DNA of 64,000 nucleotides from Candidatus Omnitrophota bacterium. GTDB lineage: Bacteria > Omnitrophota > Omnitrophia > Omnitrophales > Aquincolibacteriaceae. The notes beneath the pieces are model-generated. The model saw only the letters and a program-made list of their open reading frames with translations. It was not told the origin of the DNA and made no database searches. The position numbers were made by a program, and so were the translations under genes. The DNA lies in assembly GCA_023247035.1 (NCBI GenBank), contig JAHFHG010000001.1, forward strand, positions 2,021 to 66,020, in the 5' to 3' direction. Below, one piece after another: positions 18,716-27,887 of this stretch (positions are counted from its first letter, which is position 1; each line of letters begins with the position of its first letter).

Positions 18716-19794
18716 CGGCGGATATTTGCGGCCGAATTTTGCAGAAGCGTTTAGACGGGGGGCGTTTGAGCCTGGAAGAGGGGATTTTACTTTATTCCTG
18801 CGACCTTTTGCGTCTGGGCCAAGCCGCTCGTGCCCTGGTCCACAGGCTTCATCCCGGCGGCCAGGCCACATTTATCATCGACCGGAACGTCAGTTATACG
18901 AATGCCTGCGTGGTGGATTGCGATTTTTGCGCCTTTTACCGCTCGCCCGGGCATGAAGAGGCCTACACGCTTTCTTACGAGACGATTTTTGAAAAAATCC
19001 AGGAATTAGTCGATCTGGGCGGGACGCAAGTATTGATTCAAGGCGGCGTCAATCCCCAGCTTCCCCTGGAATATTATCTGGACCTTATCGCCGCGATCCG
19101 TCGGCGTTTTCCCCAGGTTCACATTCATTCTTTTTCCGTCGTTGAGTTTGATATGATCTCGAAAAAATTCCGCCTGAGCCTGCAAGAGGTTTTCCGGCGC
19201 TTTAAAGAAGCGGGGCTGAATTCGCTGCCCGGGGGCGGGGCGGAAATTTTAGTGGAACGGGTGCGCAGGCTGATCAGCCCGAAAAAGGCTTCTTCCGACC
19301 GCTGGATTGAAGTGATGAGAGCCGCCCACAGCGCGGGGCTCAAATCCACCGCTACAATGGTGTTCGGCCACGTGGAGACGATCGAAGAACGCATCCTGCA
19401 CCTGATCAAGATCCGCGAGCTGCAGGACGAAACCGGAGGATTCCGCGCGTTTATTCCCTGGACGCTTTCGCCGCACGGCACGCCGAGGATGAGCCGGTTC
19501 AAGCCGGCGGGCGGCGCGGATTATTTAAAGACCGTGGCGATCTCGCGCCTGATGCTGGATAATATCGAGCACCTTCAAAGCGGCTGGCTGACCGAAGGCC
19601 TTAAGCTCGGCCAGGTTGCGCTCGGCTTCGGCTGCGACGATATGGGCGGCACGCTGCTTGAAGACAAGGTCCTTGAGCCCACCGGCATTGCGGTCCACAC
19701 CCGGCGCGAAGATTTGGTCCGCCTGATCCGTGAAGCGGGCTTCGTGCCCGCCCAGCGCGACACCAACTATAGAATCCTTCATGTCTTCAACTGA
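18712..19794 (+). CDS. mqnC: Cyclic dehypoxanthine futalosine synthase (radical SAM)
   Basis: DRNVSYTNACVVDCDFCAF, LPGGGAEIL, FIPWT. Confidence 0.9.
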   Translation: MTADICGRILQKRLDGGRLSLEEGILLYSCDLLRLGQAARALVHRLHPGGQATFIIDRNVSYTNACVVDCDFCAFYRSPGHEEAYTLSYETIFEKIQELVDLGGTQVLIQGGVNPQLPLEYYLDLIAAIRRRFPQVHIHSFSVVEFDMISKKFRLSLQEVFRRFKEAGLNSLPGGGAEILVERVRRLISPKKASSDRWIEVMRAAHSAGLKSTATMVFGHVETIEERILHLIKIRELQDETGGFRAFIPWTLSPHGTPRMSRFKPAGGADYLKTVAISRLMLDNIEHLQSGWLTEGLKLGQVALGFGCDDMGGTLLEDKVLEPTGIAVHTRREDLVRLIREAGFVPAQRDTNYRILHVFN

Positions 19795-20482
19795 AGCCGC
19801 CTTGCAGGCTCCGCCGCTCCGGGTTTTTTTTGACGCGATCGCCTTCCGCTACGATTTTTTAAACAACCTTTTAAGCTTTCGCCTCGATGAATTGTGGAGA
19901 AAAAAGTCGGCCGCGATCGTCCTCCGGAATTCGGCGGCAAGTTCGATCTTGGACCTGGGGATCGGCACGGGGAAATTCATCCGCGTTTTTATGGAAGCCA
20001 AAAAATGGAAAAGGCTGGCGGGGATCGATTTTTCTTTCCCGATGCTTCACGCCGCAAAGAAAATCCTTCCTTCGGGCGTTGGATTCCTCCGCGCGGATTT
20101 TCAATCCCTGCCTTTCAGGAAGGGGAGTTTTGACCTTGTGATCTCCGCTTTTGCCTTAAGGAGCGTGCGGCAAATGCCGCTGTTCCTGCAAGGCGTCTGG
20201 GAGGTTTTGAGTGAAAAAGGCAAAGCGGCCTTTCTGTGCCTCACGCGTCCGGAAAATATTTTCTGGAGGATTTTTTATTTTCCCTACTTGAAATTTTACC
20301 TCCCCGTTGTCGGAGGCCTCGTTTCCGGTAATTTTCAGGCCTACCGGTTTCTTTCCGATTCTATTTTAAGCTTCCAGGAGCCGGAGAAGACGGCCTCAAT
20401 GATGCGCGAAACCGGATTCCAAAGCGTTAAGATCCACCGTTTTTCTTTTGGGATTGCGACTTTGATCGTGGGTGAAAAATAA
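19781..20482 (+). CDS. menG: Demethylmenaquinone methyltransferase (UbiE/MenG family)
   Basis: FDAIAFRYDFLN.LLS..D..WR, LDLGIGTG, AY.FL..SI..F. Confidence 0.85.
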   Translation: MSSTEAALQAPPLRVFFDAIAFRYDFLNNLLSFRLDELWRKKSAAIVLRNSAASSILDLGIGTGKFIRVFMEAKKWKRLAGIDFSFPMLHAAKKILPSGVGFLRADFQSLPFRKGSFDLVISAFALRSVRQMPLFLQGVWEVLSEKGKAAFLCLTRPENIFWRIFYFPYLKFYLPVVGGLVSGNFQAYRFLSDSILSFQEPEKTASMMRETGFQSVKIHRFSFGIATLIVGEK

Positions 20483-20497
20483 AGAAAGCTGAATGAA

Positions 20498-21004
20498 ATG
20501 CCGGTGGATTATCAAAGAAGAATCCAGGAATTGAAACTTCATTTGCCGAAGGCCCCCCAGCCTTCGGGTTCTTACCGGCCCGTTGTCATTTCCGGAGAAT
20601 ACGCTTTTTTGAGCGGGCAAATATCGAAAACGTCCGACGGCCGGATCTTATCCGGGAAATTAGGGCAAGACCTGACCCTTGAAGCCGGCCAGGCGGCGGC
20701 AAAGTGCGCGGCGCTTAACGTGCTGGGAGTGATTCATGACCTGATCGGATTCGCGCGCTTTGAGCGGATGATACGGGTTGTCGGGTATGTTCAGTCCTCG
20801 GCCGGTTTTTATGAAATTTCACAAGTGATGAACGGGGCCTCGGATTTCTTCCTTGAGGTTTTGGGAGAAAGCGGCCTCCACGCCCGTTCGGCTGTGGGAA
20901 TGGCGAGCCTTCCGCTCAATGCCGCCGTGGAAATCGAAGCTACGATTCAAATCATTAAATCGGGCCATTCAGAAAAACCCCGGAGGTTGCGGCGGACACC
21001 ATGA
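20498..21004 (+). CDS. RidA/YjgF family protein
   Basis: LSGQI, NGASD, HARSAVG..SLP..AAVEIE. Confidence 0.88.
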   Translation: MPVDYQRRIQELKLHLPKAPQPSGSYRPVVISGEYAFLSGQISKTSDGRILSGKLGQDLTLEAGQAAAKCAALNVLGVIHDLIGFARFERMIRVVGYVQSSAGFYEISQVMNGASDFFLEVLGESGLHARSAVGMASLPLNAAVEIEATIQIIKSGHSEKPRRLRRTP

Positions 21005-21020
21005 AGCGGATGCAATCGAA

Positions 21021-21908
21021 ATGAAGCCACTTTTTAAATTCTTTCTTCTTTTTATCGGTATTGTGCTCCTGAGCGCTTTTCTTGCCCCGGTACTTTTCGA
21101 TTTTCTGCCCTTCAAATTCGAAAAGATATTCAACCGCCTCGTCATGATTTTTTCGGTTGCAGCCGCAATTTTTTTTGTACGGATCCGCCGCCAGACCCTG
21201 GTGAATTACGGGCTTTTAGGGAAGTCCGGAAGCCTTTCCCTGCTGCTGGTTTCCTTGGCCAGCGGGGCGGCCATTTTATTTCTGTGGGACGGGCTTAAAA
21301 TTGCCTTTGGCACGGCGGTTTGGGCCCCGGCCGGACTGGGCCCCGGCATGTGGGCAGTGGAAATTATAAAAGCGCTCAGCGCGGCTCTGATCATTGGTTT
21401 TATCGAAGAATTTTTTTTTCGCGGCGTTATTTTTTATTCTCTGAATCAAAAGATGGCCTTAAACCGATTTGCCAGTATCATGGTGACGAGTCTTTTTTAT
21501 TCCCTGGCCCATTTTGTGGATTACAAATCGCCTTTCATCGGCCCGGACCCTACTTTTTTTGACAGCCTGCGGCTGATCGCCGCCCCGTTGGAGTCGCTGC
21601 GTCACTTTAAAGAAATAGCGCCGGAAATTTTGGGATTATTTATTTTCGGCATGATCCTCAATGGAGTCCTTCTGACCACGGGGTCGCTTTACGGGCCCAT
21701 CGGGCTGCACGCGGGCTGTGTTTTTTTTCTTAAGCTCGACGGCCTTTTCATCAATTTCTTGAGCCCCAAAAACATTTTTTGGGGGAGCTCGAAAGGTTAT
21801 GACGGTATTCTGAGCTGGATTCTCTTCGGCTCTTTTTATTTCCTGTTTCAATGGATCTCGAAGAAACCGCATTCGACTCGCAAAGGAGCCGTGCCGCGCA
21901 GTGTCTAG
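21021..21908 (+). CDS. CPBP (CAAX/Abi) family intramembrane glutamic endopeptidase
   Basis: EEFFFRG, FYSLAH, IGLHAG motifs; multi-TM. Confidence 0.88.
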   Translation: MKPLFKFFLLFIGIVLLSAFLAPVLFDFLPFKFEKIFNRLVMIFSVAAAIFFVRIRRQTLVNYGLLGKSGSLSLLLVSLASGAAILFLWDGLKIAFGTAVWAPAGLGPGMWAVEIIKALSAALIIGFIEEFFFRGVIFYSLNQKMALNRFASIMVTSLFYSLAHFVDYKSPFIGPDPTFFDSLRLIAAPLESLRHFKEIAPEILGLFIFGMILNGVLLTTGSLYGPIGLHAGCVFFLKLDGLFINFLSPKNIFWGSSKGYDGILSWILFGSFYFLFQWISKKPHSTRKGAVPRSV

Positions 21909-22527
21909 AAAATTTTCAAACCTAACCCTTGCGTTTTGCCTGCGCGGAATTTTGATCTTTAGCGGGGCAGTTTTAATTTTTCCGCCGGCTCTCCCGGCTG
22001 AGCAGTTTGAGATATGGGCCGAACATTCGGACGCCCTTTACCGTTTTCAGGAACACCTGCTTGAAGCCGAGGCCTCTGTGCTGCTGAAAGGCCGGGAGCC
22101 CCTGATCGGAACGTGGAAGGAAGACCGCTTTTATTTTCCGGAACTTACCCCGCTGGCCCAGGTGAAGCTTATTGAAGAACAGTCCCCGGAAGGAAAAGGA
22201 AAAGCCGTACGATTCAATCCTGTTGAAAAAGCCGTGCGGCGCCTCGTTTTTCACGACGTTCCGCCCGGATCGCGGCTTGATTTCTTTTACAAGGTGAGTG
22301 CGGGATCTAAAAAAGAACCGTCCCCTTATCTCTTGCTTAAGATTTTGGCGGGCCGTCATTTGATTAAAAGCATGAGAATTTTTCAACAGGATGAAAACTG
22401 GAAAAAAGAGGAAATCGATTTGGGCGTGGCGGCTTTTTTAAAGCGCCGCACGCTCGTCACGTTCGAGGTTTCTTCCGATCTTACCGAAAACCTCCTTTTC
22501 ACCTTCGCCGGCGAGATCAGGCAGTAA
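21901..22527 (+). CDS. Hypothetical exported protein
   Basis: Operon-coupled ORF with an N-terminal hydrophobic signal-like segment; no recognised motif. Confidence 0.7.
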   Translation: MSRKFSNLTLAFCLRGILIFSGAVLIFPPALPAEQFEIWAEHSDALYRFQEHLLEAEASVLLKGREPLIGTWKEDRFYFPELTPLAQVKLIEEQSPEGKGKAVRFNPVEKAVRRLVFHDVPPGSRLDFFYKVSAGSKKEPSPYLLLKILAGRHLIKSMRIFQQDENWKKEEIDLGVAAFLKRRTLVTFEVSSDLTENLLFTFAGEIRQ

Positions 22528-22623
22528 GGGCTTTCTTTCTAACAAGGCCTTCCCAATATCCTTACAAGCTGCACTTCCTCCTTGAACTCGGGTATTCCTT
22601 CGGCGGAAAAATTTATATCAATT

Positions 22624-22691
22624 TATAACAATTCATATCATCAAGAAAATTGTTATATTTTTTTGACTCTTTAGGGATTGAAAGCTACACT
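22624..22691 (+). promoter_or_regulatory. Promoter with an upstream perfect inverted repeat (putative operator)
   Basis: TATAACAATT-N14-AATTGTTATA (22624-22657) directly upstream of TTGACT-N17-TACACT (22663-22691). Confidence 0.55.
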
Positions 22692-22759
22692 TTAGTTTGG
22701 GGTTTAAAAAGAGTCCTTAGCAAAGAGAAGAGGGAAGGAGAAAGAGCCCGCTATTTTCA

Positions 22760-24181
22760 ATGCAGAATCCAAGCGAAGGCCAAAAGCAGCGGAACGCGAG
22801 CTATTTCATCGTCTTTTTGATAGCGGCCGGAATTCTTTTTTTATCCTTTTATGTTTTTGCTGAAGATCAGGCCTCTGAAAAAAAATCCTCTGAAAAATCC
22901 TCGAATGTAAAAGACGAAAAGCAGCTGCTCCCTGTTCCTCCGAGTCAAAGCAAGGGCCTTGTCGATCCTTATGGCCCAAGCTCCGAAGAGAACGCCGATT
23001 TTTTTTCATCGAATTCTGCTTTAGCGGGCCGGGCCATTTGCGGCAACGGAATCCGTGAACCCGCGGGAGGCGAAGAGTGCGACGACGGCAATCAGATTGA
23101 TGGCGATGGGTGCTCTGCAAGGTGTCTTTCTGAATTTTGCGGAGACGGTGTCGTCCAGCCTCCTGAAGAATGTGACGATGAAAATTCGGATATTAACGAC
23201 GGCTGTGCGGGCTGCAGAAGGTTCGACGGGCCACTGTGCGGAGATGGAATCGTCCAAACTCAATTCGGGGAGGAGTGTGACGACGGAAACAGGGTAAGCG
23301 GAGACGGGTGTTCCGAGAACTGCCGAAAAGAAACTTCAGCCGGCCAAAGATGCGGGGACGGCATTGTCCAGCCGCCGAGGGAAGAGTGCGACGACGGGAA
23401 TCTTGTCAGTAATGACGGCTGCAGTTTTCAATGCAAGCTTGAACGATGCGGGGACGGCGTTGTCCAGCCGCCGAGGGAAGAGTGCGACGACGGGAATCTC
23501 GTCAGTAACGACGGCTGTACTTTTCAATGCAAACTCGAACGGTGCGGGGACCTGATTGTCCAGACTCGCGAACAATGCGACGACGGAAATCAAGAAAATG
23601 GAGATGGGTGCTCTGCTCAATGTACTTTCGAGTGCGGAAACGGCACGAGGGATCCCGGTGAGGAGTGCGATGATGGGAATAGAAATTCCGGAGACGGGTG
23701 CTCCTCCGCTTGCGTTCGAGAATATTGCGGCGACGGAATCGTTCAGCAGGGCTTAGGGGAACAGTGCGACGATGGCAATACCCGGAACGGAGACGGCTGT
23801 TCCAGAGACTGCAGAACTGAAGAAGCCGTTTGCGGAAACGGAAGGGTGGAAGAGGGCGAGCAATGCGACGACGGCAACACCAACGACGGGGACGGGTGTT
23901 CTTCCGCCTGCACGAATGAGCCGGTCTGCGGAAATAGAATCGTCGAGCCTCCCGAGCAGTGTGACGACGGCAATCTCAATGACGGGGACGGATGCAGCAG
24001 GACCTGCCGGTGGGAAAGCTGCCGGAGCTACCGGGACTGCAACATGAAATGCGGAACTTACAGCATAGGCGGTGCCGTTCAGGAAGTGGCAAACGCCTGC
24101 GATAGCTGGATCGCGCAGCCGGACGGCTCCTGTGTGTGCGCGCCGTCGGCCTGCGTGTGGCGGGAATGTTTTACCGCGTAA
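22760..24181 (+). CDS. Secreted Myxococcus cysteine-rich repeat (DUF4215) protein
   Basis: Signal peptide, ten CG(N/D)x..E(E/Q)CDDxN...DGC...C repeats and an 8-Cys C-terminal domain. Confidence 0.9.
   Translation: MQNPSEGQKQRNASYFIVFLIAAGILFLSFYVFAEDQASEKKSSEKSSNVKDEKQLLPVPPSQSKGLVDPYGPSSEENADFFSSNSALAGRAICGNGIREPAGGEECDDGNQIDGDGCSARCLSEFCGDGVVQPPEECDDENSDINDGCAGCRRFDGPLCGDGIVQTQFGEECDDGNRVSGDGCSENCRKETSAGQRCGDGIVQPPREECDDGNLVSNDGCSFQCKLERCGDGVVQPPREECDDGNLVSNDGCTFQCKLERCGDLIVQTREQCDDGNQENGDGCSAQCTFECGNGTRDPGEECDDGNRNSGDGCSSACVREYCGDGIVQQGLGEQCDDGNTRNGDGCSRDCRTEEAVCGNGRVEEGEQCDDGNTNDGDGCSSACTNEPVCGNRIVEPPEQCDDGNLNDGDGCSRTCRWESCRSYRDCNMKCGTYSIGGAVQEVANACDSWIAQPDGSCVCAPSACVWRECFTA
23350..23541 (+). 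repeat. 96-bp tandem duplication within the Cys-rich repeat gene
   Basis: 23350-23445 vs 23446-23541 differ at 7 positions by my count. Confidence 0.9.
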
Positions 24182-24263
24182 CCCTTTTCTATTGCGCCGC
24201 GGACAAGCCTCTTTCGCCGCCTGATTTCAAAGAAATGATTTTGAACTCTCCGGCGGCTCAAAA

Positions 24264-25667
24264 ATGAAAAACTCTTCAAGAAGCAATCCCTTATTTTTAT
24301 TCTTTTTCCTGGGCTTTATCGCGCTTCTTTTTCTCAGCTTGGGGGCGGATTTCCCCGGCCATTTCAAGGCCAGAATTTTATACGGGACTTTTTTATTGAT
24401 TTTTTTCCTGTTCCTTCGGTGGAAAATCGAATGTCGGAATTTTATTTTTATCCCTCTGGCGGCATTCCTCATTTTTCAAATCGTGCGCTTCCTCGGGGCG
24501 ATTTACAGCCTTTACTTCATCCCTACGGAGAACGCAGCGGCCGTTTTATTCGCAATTCAGGCCCGTTCTCCTCTCCGCTGGATTTTTTATTTCGCTTTTT
24601 TCCTCCTGGCCTACTCTTTCTTCAAACAGCGAGAGTCCGTTTCGGCCCTGGTGAAAGGCATGAGTTGGTTTGGATTTTTTTTGGCGTTAAACGCCATCCC
24701 TCCGCTTCTCCACAACGGAAGTTTTGGATACTTGATCGAGGGAAATGAGCTTCGGTTTTTCCATCCCGTTTTTTATTTTCATCCCTGGGCGTCTCACTAT
24801 GTCCTCGCGGTCCTCACGCATTCGAATTTTCTGGGCGATATTATGGCCTTCGGCTTCTTCCCCGCGCTGGGGCTCGCCTTTTATTCCTTCCGCTCCCTTG
24901 AAAGCAAAGACAGAGAGGATGCGGAATCTGCAGACAGGAAGGATAGAAAACGCGCCATTTTCAGTTCTTTGCTGCTTTATATGATCTTAGGTTTCGTGAT
25001 CGGCGCGGCCGTCTTCCTTCTTTTTTCACGCGGCACGATCGCTTTTTTCTTCATCTCATCTTTTTTCTTCCTTGCCGCGTGCCTTTTGAAATTTCCTTCC
25101 CGGCCGCAGCTTATTTTTACGCTTTCAGTTCTGATGATCGGAGGGGCATTTTTTTTCTGGGGAGGAAATTTGGAGAAGGCGTGGAAGGAAGTCCAAACTT
25201 TACAAAAGGAAGCGGACCCGAAAACGCGCCGGAGCTTTGCGACGAACGTTGAGGGCTGGAACCGGGCCTTGCGCATTTATAAAGCCTATCCGGTATTCGG
25301 AGCGGGCACGGGAGGTTACGGCGCCGTCGCTAAACGGTTCGCTGCGCCGGGGCTTGAAAAGAGTGACCCGCTTGCAGATTTTCAAACGATGTGCCATTAC
25401 ATTCAGGTCCTGGCCGAAGAAGGCGCCGGCGCTTTTTTTTATTATTCATTTATCCTCGTCTATCTGTGGCAGATGACGAAAGGTCTGTTTACCACGCGAA
25501 GCCGGTTTAAATTTTTAACGGGCCTTTCTCTTTTCGCTCCCGTGCTCCTTATTTTGGGCCACGCATCCATTAATGACCTGATGGAGCGTTTCTCCACGTC
25601 GATGCTGGTTTACATCACGATGGGCGCGGGCCTTGCCGTGCTCCGGAAGGATTTCGGGCATCCATAA
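24264..25667 (+). CDS. O-antigen ligase / Wzy-like membrane protein
   Basis: Multi-TM; SRGT, PVFGAGTGGY, YIQVLAEEG (Wzy_C-like). Confidence 0.8.
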   Translation: MKNSSRSNPLFLFFFLGFIALLFLSLGADFPGHFKARILYGTFLLIFFLFLRWKIECRNFIFIPLAAFLIFQIVRFLGAIYSLYFIPTENAAAVLFAIQARSPLRWIFYFAFFLLAYSFFKQRESVSALVKGMSWFGFFLALNAIPPLLHNGSFGYLIEGNELRFFHPVFYFHPWASHYVLAVLTHSNFLGDIMAFGFFPALGLAFYSFRSLESKDREDAESADRKDRKRAIFSSLLLYMILGFVIGAAVFLLFSRGTIAFFFISSFFFLAACLLKFPSRPQLIFTLSVLMIGGAFFFWGGNLEKAWKEVQTLQKEADPKTRRSFATNVEGWNRALRIYKAYPVFGAGTGGYGAVAKRFAAPGLEKSDPLADFQTMCHYIQVLAEEGAGAFFYYSFILVYLWQMTKGLFTTRSRFKFLTGLSLFAPVLLILGHASINDLMERFSTSMLVYITMGAGLAVLRKDFGHP

Positions 25668-25668
25668 A

Positions 25669-26451
25669 ATGCGCGACATGATTCCGGCGGCCTGGCTCTT
25701 AAGGTTGATGAGGCGATCCCGAATCCCGGCAAAAGGCTTTTTTATTCTTGAGGGAATATTTTTATATCTTCTTTCCCCGGCGCTTATTTTGTCCGCAAAA
25801 AGTGATTATGCTATCGTTGAGGACGTGATTCCGGCCCCGAATGTTTCCTCCGGCGGGACGAATGAACTTCAGTGTGCTTTGCTGGCCTTTGATGCTCAAG
25901 ACCCGGGTGAAAAATTTCCTCTTCTGCTGGCGCTGCATCCGGCGGGGAATACGGCGAAGGGATATTTGAGGCTTTGGGAAGAAGAAGCGGTCCGGCGGCG
26001 TGTGATGGTGGCCGCGCCTGTCTTGAGCCGTCCTTACGGAAATCATCCCGCGGATTTAGCGGAATTTCATCAGCTTGTCGTTCATATCGCAGAAAAATAT
26101 CCCGTGGATAGAGAGAAAATTTTTTTGATCGGCGCTTCGGCTGGCGCGCTTACGGCCGAGCGGCTTATGATCCGCTATCCTTCGGTGTGGCGGGGAGTTG
26201 TTCTTATTGCCGCACCTCCCAATCATGACCTGATCCTAGAATCGGATACGCCCATCCCGCCGCCTTTGCTTTGGATTCATGGCCAAAAGGACACGCAGTT
26301 TCGTTACGCGGAAGTCGTGCATTTATTTGAAAAATTAAAACAGAGGCCGGGGACTGAGGAACTTTGGTCCGATCCGCAGGCAGGCCATGAAGATAAAAAG
26401 GAATGGCATTCTGTGATTTGGGAATGGCTTAGGGGAAAAGGATTGTCCTGA
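25669..26451 (+). CDS. Alpha/beta hydrolase (esterase / PHB depolymerase-like)
   Basis: LALHPAG, nucleophile GASAG, HGQKD, AGHE. Confidence 0.8.
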   Translation: MRDMIPAAWLLRLMRRSRIPAKGFFILEGIFLYLLSPALILSAKSDYAIVEDVIPAPNVSSGGTNELQCALLAFDAQDPGEKFPLLLALHPAGNTAKGYLRLWEEEAVRRRVMVAAPVLSRPYGNHPADLAEFHQLVVHIAEKYPVDREKIFLIGASAGALTAERLMIRYPSVWRGVVLIAAPPNHDLILESDTPIPPPLLWIHGQKDTQFRYAEVVHLFEKLKQRPGTEELWSDPQAGHEDKKEWHSVIWEWLRGKGLS

Positions 26452-26466
26452 AGACGGCAGGGATTT

Positions 26467-27789
26467 TTATTCTTGAATCTTAAACGAGCTTTTAATATCT
26501 TTTTTAACCGCGGTCTTCACCTCGGTGGTAGCGCTCATGCAATCAAAATAATCTGCGAAATCTCTTTTTGCGTTCGAAACGCCCGCCAGGGAAATCGCAA
26601 GCAGGGGAAATCGGATCATGATTTCCTCGCCGGTTTCCGTTAACCGCCGGCGGTCCAGGTGGAGCGTATGGCCCCGCTCAAGGTCCTCTTTTTTATAGAG
26701 CGTACGGACCACTTCTTCGTCGAATTGTCTGCAAAGCATTTCCCCCAGCGCCGCGGCCTGCTGCGGACGCGTTATAAGGATGAAGTCATCTCCTCCCTGA
26801 TGTCCTATGAAATCGTCGGCGGCGCCTTTGGCCCGGACCATTTTCTTGATAAGTTCAGCCGTCCTTTTAATGGCCTCGTCTCCTTTAGCAAGGCCGAAAT
26901 GGTCGTTGAAGACCTTAAACCTGTCCAAATCCGCGTGGAAGAGGACGAATTTCTGGTGCTCATAGATCCTTTTCTGAACCTCACGGAAAATTCCCTGGTT
27001 TCCGGGAAGCCCCGTCAGCGGATTGGCATCTTCAGCGTGTTTTCTGATGGTCTGAAGAGTTTCGCTCATCCGGTTAAACGTATGCGCCAGCAGCTCGATC
27101 TCATCCCCGGTTTTGATCCCGACATGTTGCCCTAAATTTCCTTTCATGATTTCTTGAGTCGCTTTGTTGAGAGCCTGGATGGGTTTGACAATCGATTGGG
27201 CAAGTCCATGCCCGATCGCGATTCCCGTCAACAAGATAAAAAAAAGCATGACCAGAAGAGAGCGGCGGGACCGGACCAGCGCGTCTTTAATGCCCGCCAG
27301 GGAGAATGTAACGCGCGCCACGAGAATGAGATGGGGGTCTGTTTGCAGGGGAATGTAAGCGGTTAATCTTTTATTTTTTCGGTCGACCACCTTCCAATAA
27401 GATGCCCCGGATTGCGCTCTTTGGCGAAGACTTCTTTCGATAGGCTCTTCGGAAGGAAGAAACGAATCAGAGTTTTTGTCTAAAATTGGATTTTTTTCAA
27501 TGGCGTTGAAGATTTCAATATCCAAAACCCCGTAAGCGCTTTTCATGTCCTCGATTTTTCGCTTCAGGGTTAAAAGGTCGGAAGGAAGCCCTTCTTTAAA
27601 TTCCTGCTCCAGGATTCCCTGAATACGCTCAAAGGCCCATTGACTTTCAATGCGGTGGAGCTCGTTTAACGTGTTGATCTGGTTTGTAAGCTGGAGGGCC
27701 GTAATGGTGCTCCCAAGAATAAAAAGGGGAAAACAAAGCCTTAACATGATCCTCATGAAGAGGGATATTTTAGGCGTGTATTTTTTCAT
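26467..27789 (-). CDS. Membrane sensor diguanylate cyclase (2 TM, HAMP, GGDDF variant)
   Basis: HAMP DEIELLAHTFNRM, NPLTGLPG, DLDRFKVFND, HQGGDDF. Confidence 0.88.
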   Translation of the reverse strand: MKKYTPKISLFMRIMLRLCFPLFILGSTITALQLTNQINTLNELHRIESQWAFERIQGILEQEFKEGLPSDLLTLKRKIEDMKSAYGVLDIEIFNAIEKNPILDKNSDSFLPSEEPIERSLRQRAQSGASYWKVVDRKNKRLTAYIPLQTDPHLILVARVTFSLAGIKDALVRSRRSLLVMLFFILLTGIAIGHGLAQSIVKPIQALNKATQEIMKGNLGQHVGIKTGDEIELLAHTFNRMSETLQTIRKHAEDANPLTGLPGNQGIFREVQKRIYEHQKFVLFHADLDRFKVFNDHFGLAKGDEAIKRTAELIKKMVRAKGAADDFIGHQGGDDFILITRPQQAAALGEMLCRQFDEEVVRTLYKKEDLERGHTLHLDRRRLTETGEEIMIRFPLLAISLAGVSNAKRDFADYFDCMSATTEVKTAVKKDIKSSFKIQE

Positions 27790-27887
27790 AACTCATTTAA
27801 ATATAAATAGTTCATTGACGTCTCGCACAACTTTTTTAAGGCCAGCGTTTCATAAAAAGAATATATCATTTATGATCATTTGACAAT

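Noticed and set aside
23350-23541. 96-bp near-identical pair as a DGR template/variable repeat
   Set aside because: The differences are not adenine-specific, both copies are in-frame coding repeats, and no reverse transcriptase is in the window.
23037-24010. Recurring TGCGACGACGG motifs as a CRISPR array
   Set aside because: They are codons of the CDDG protein repeat, with degenerate third positions and no cas genes.
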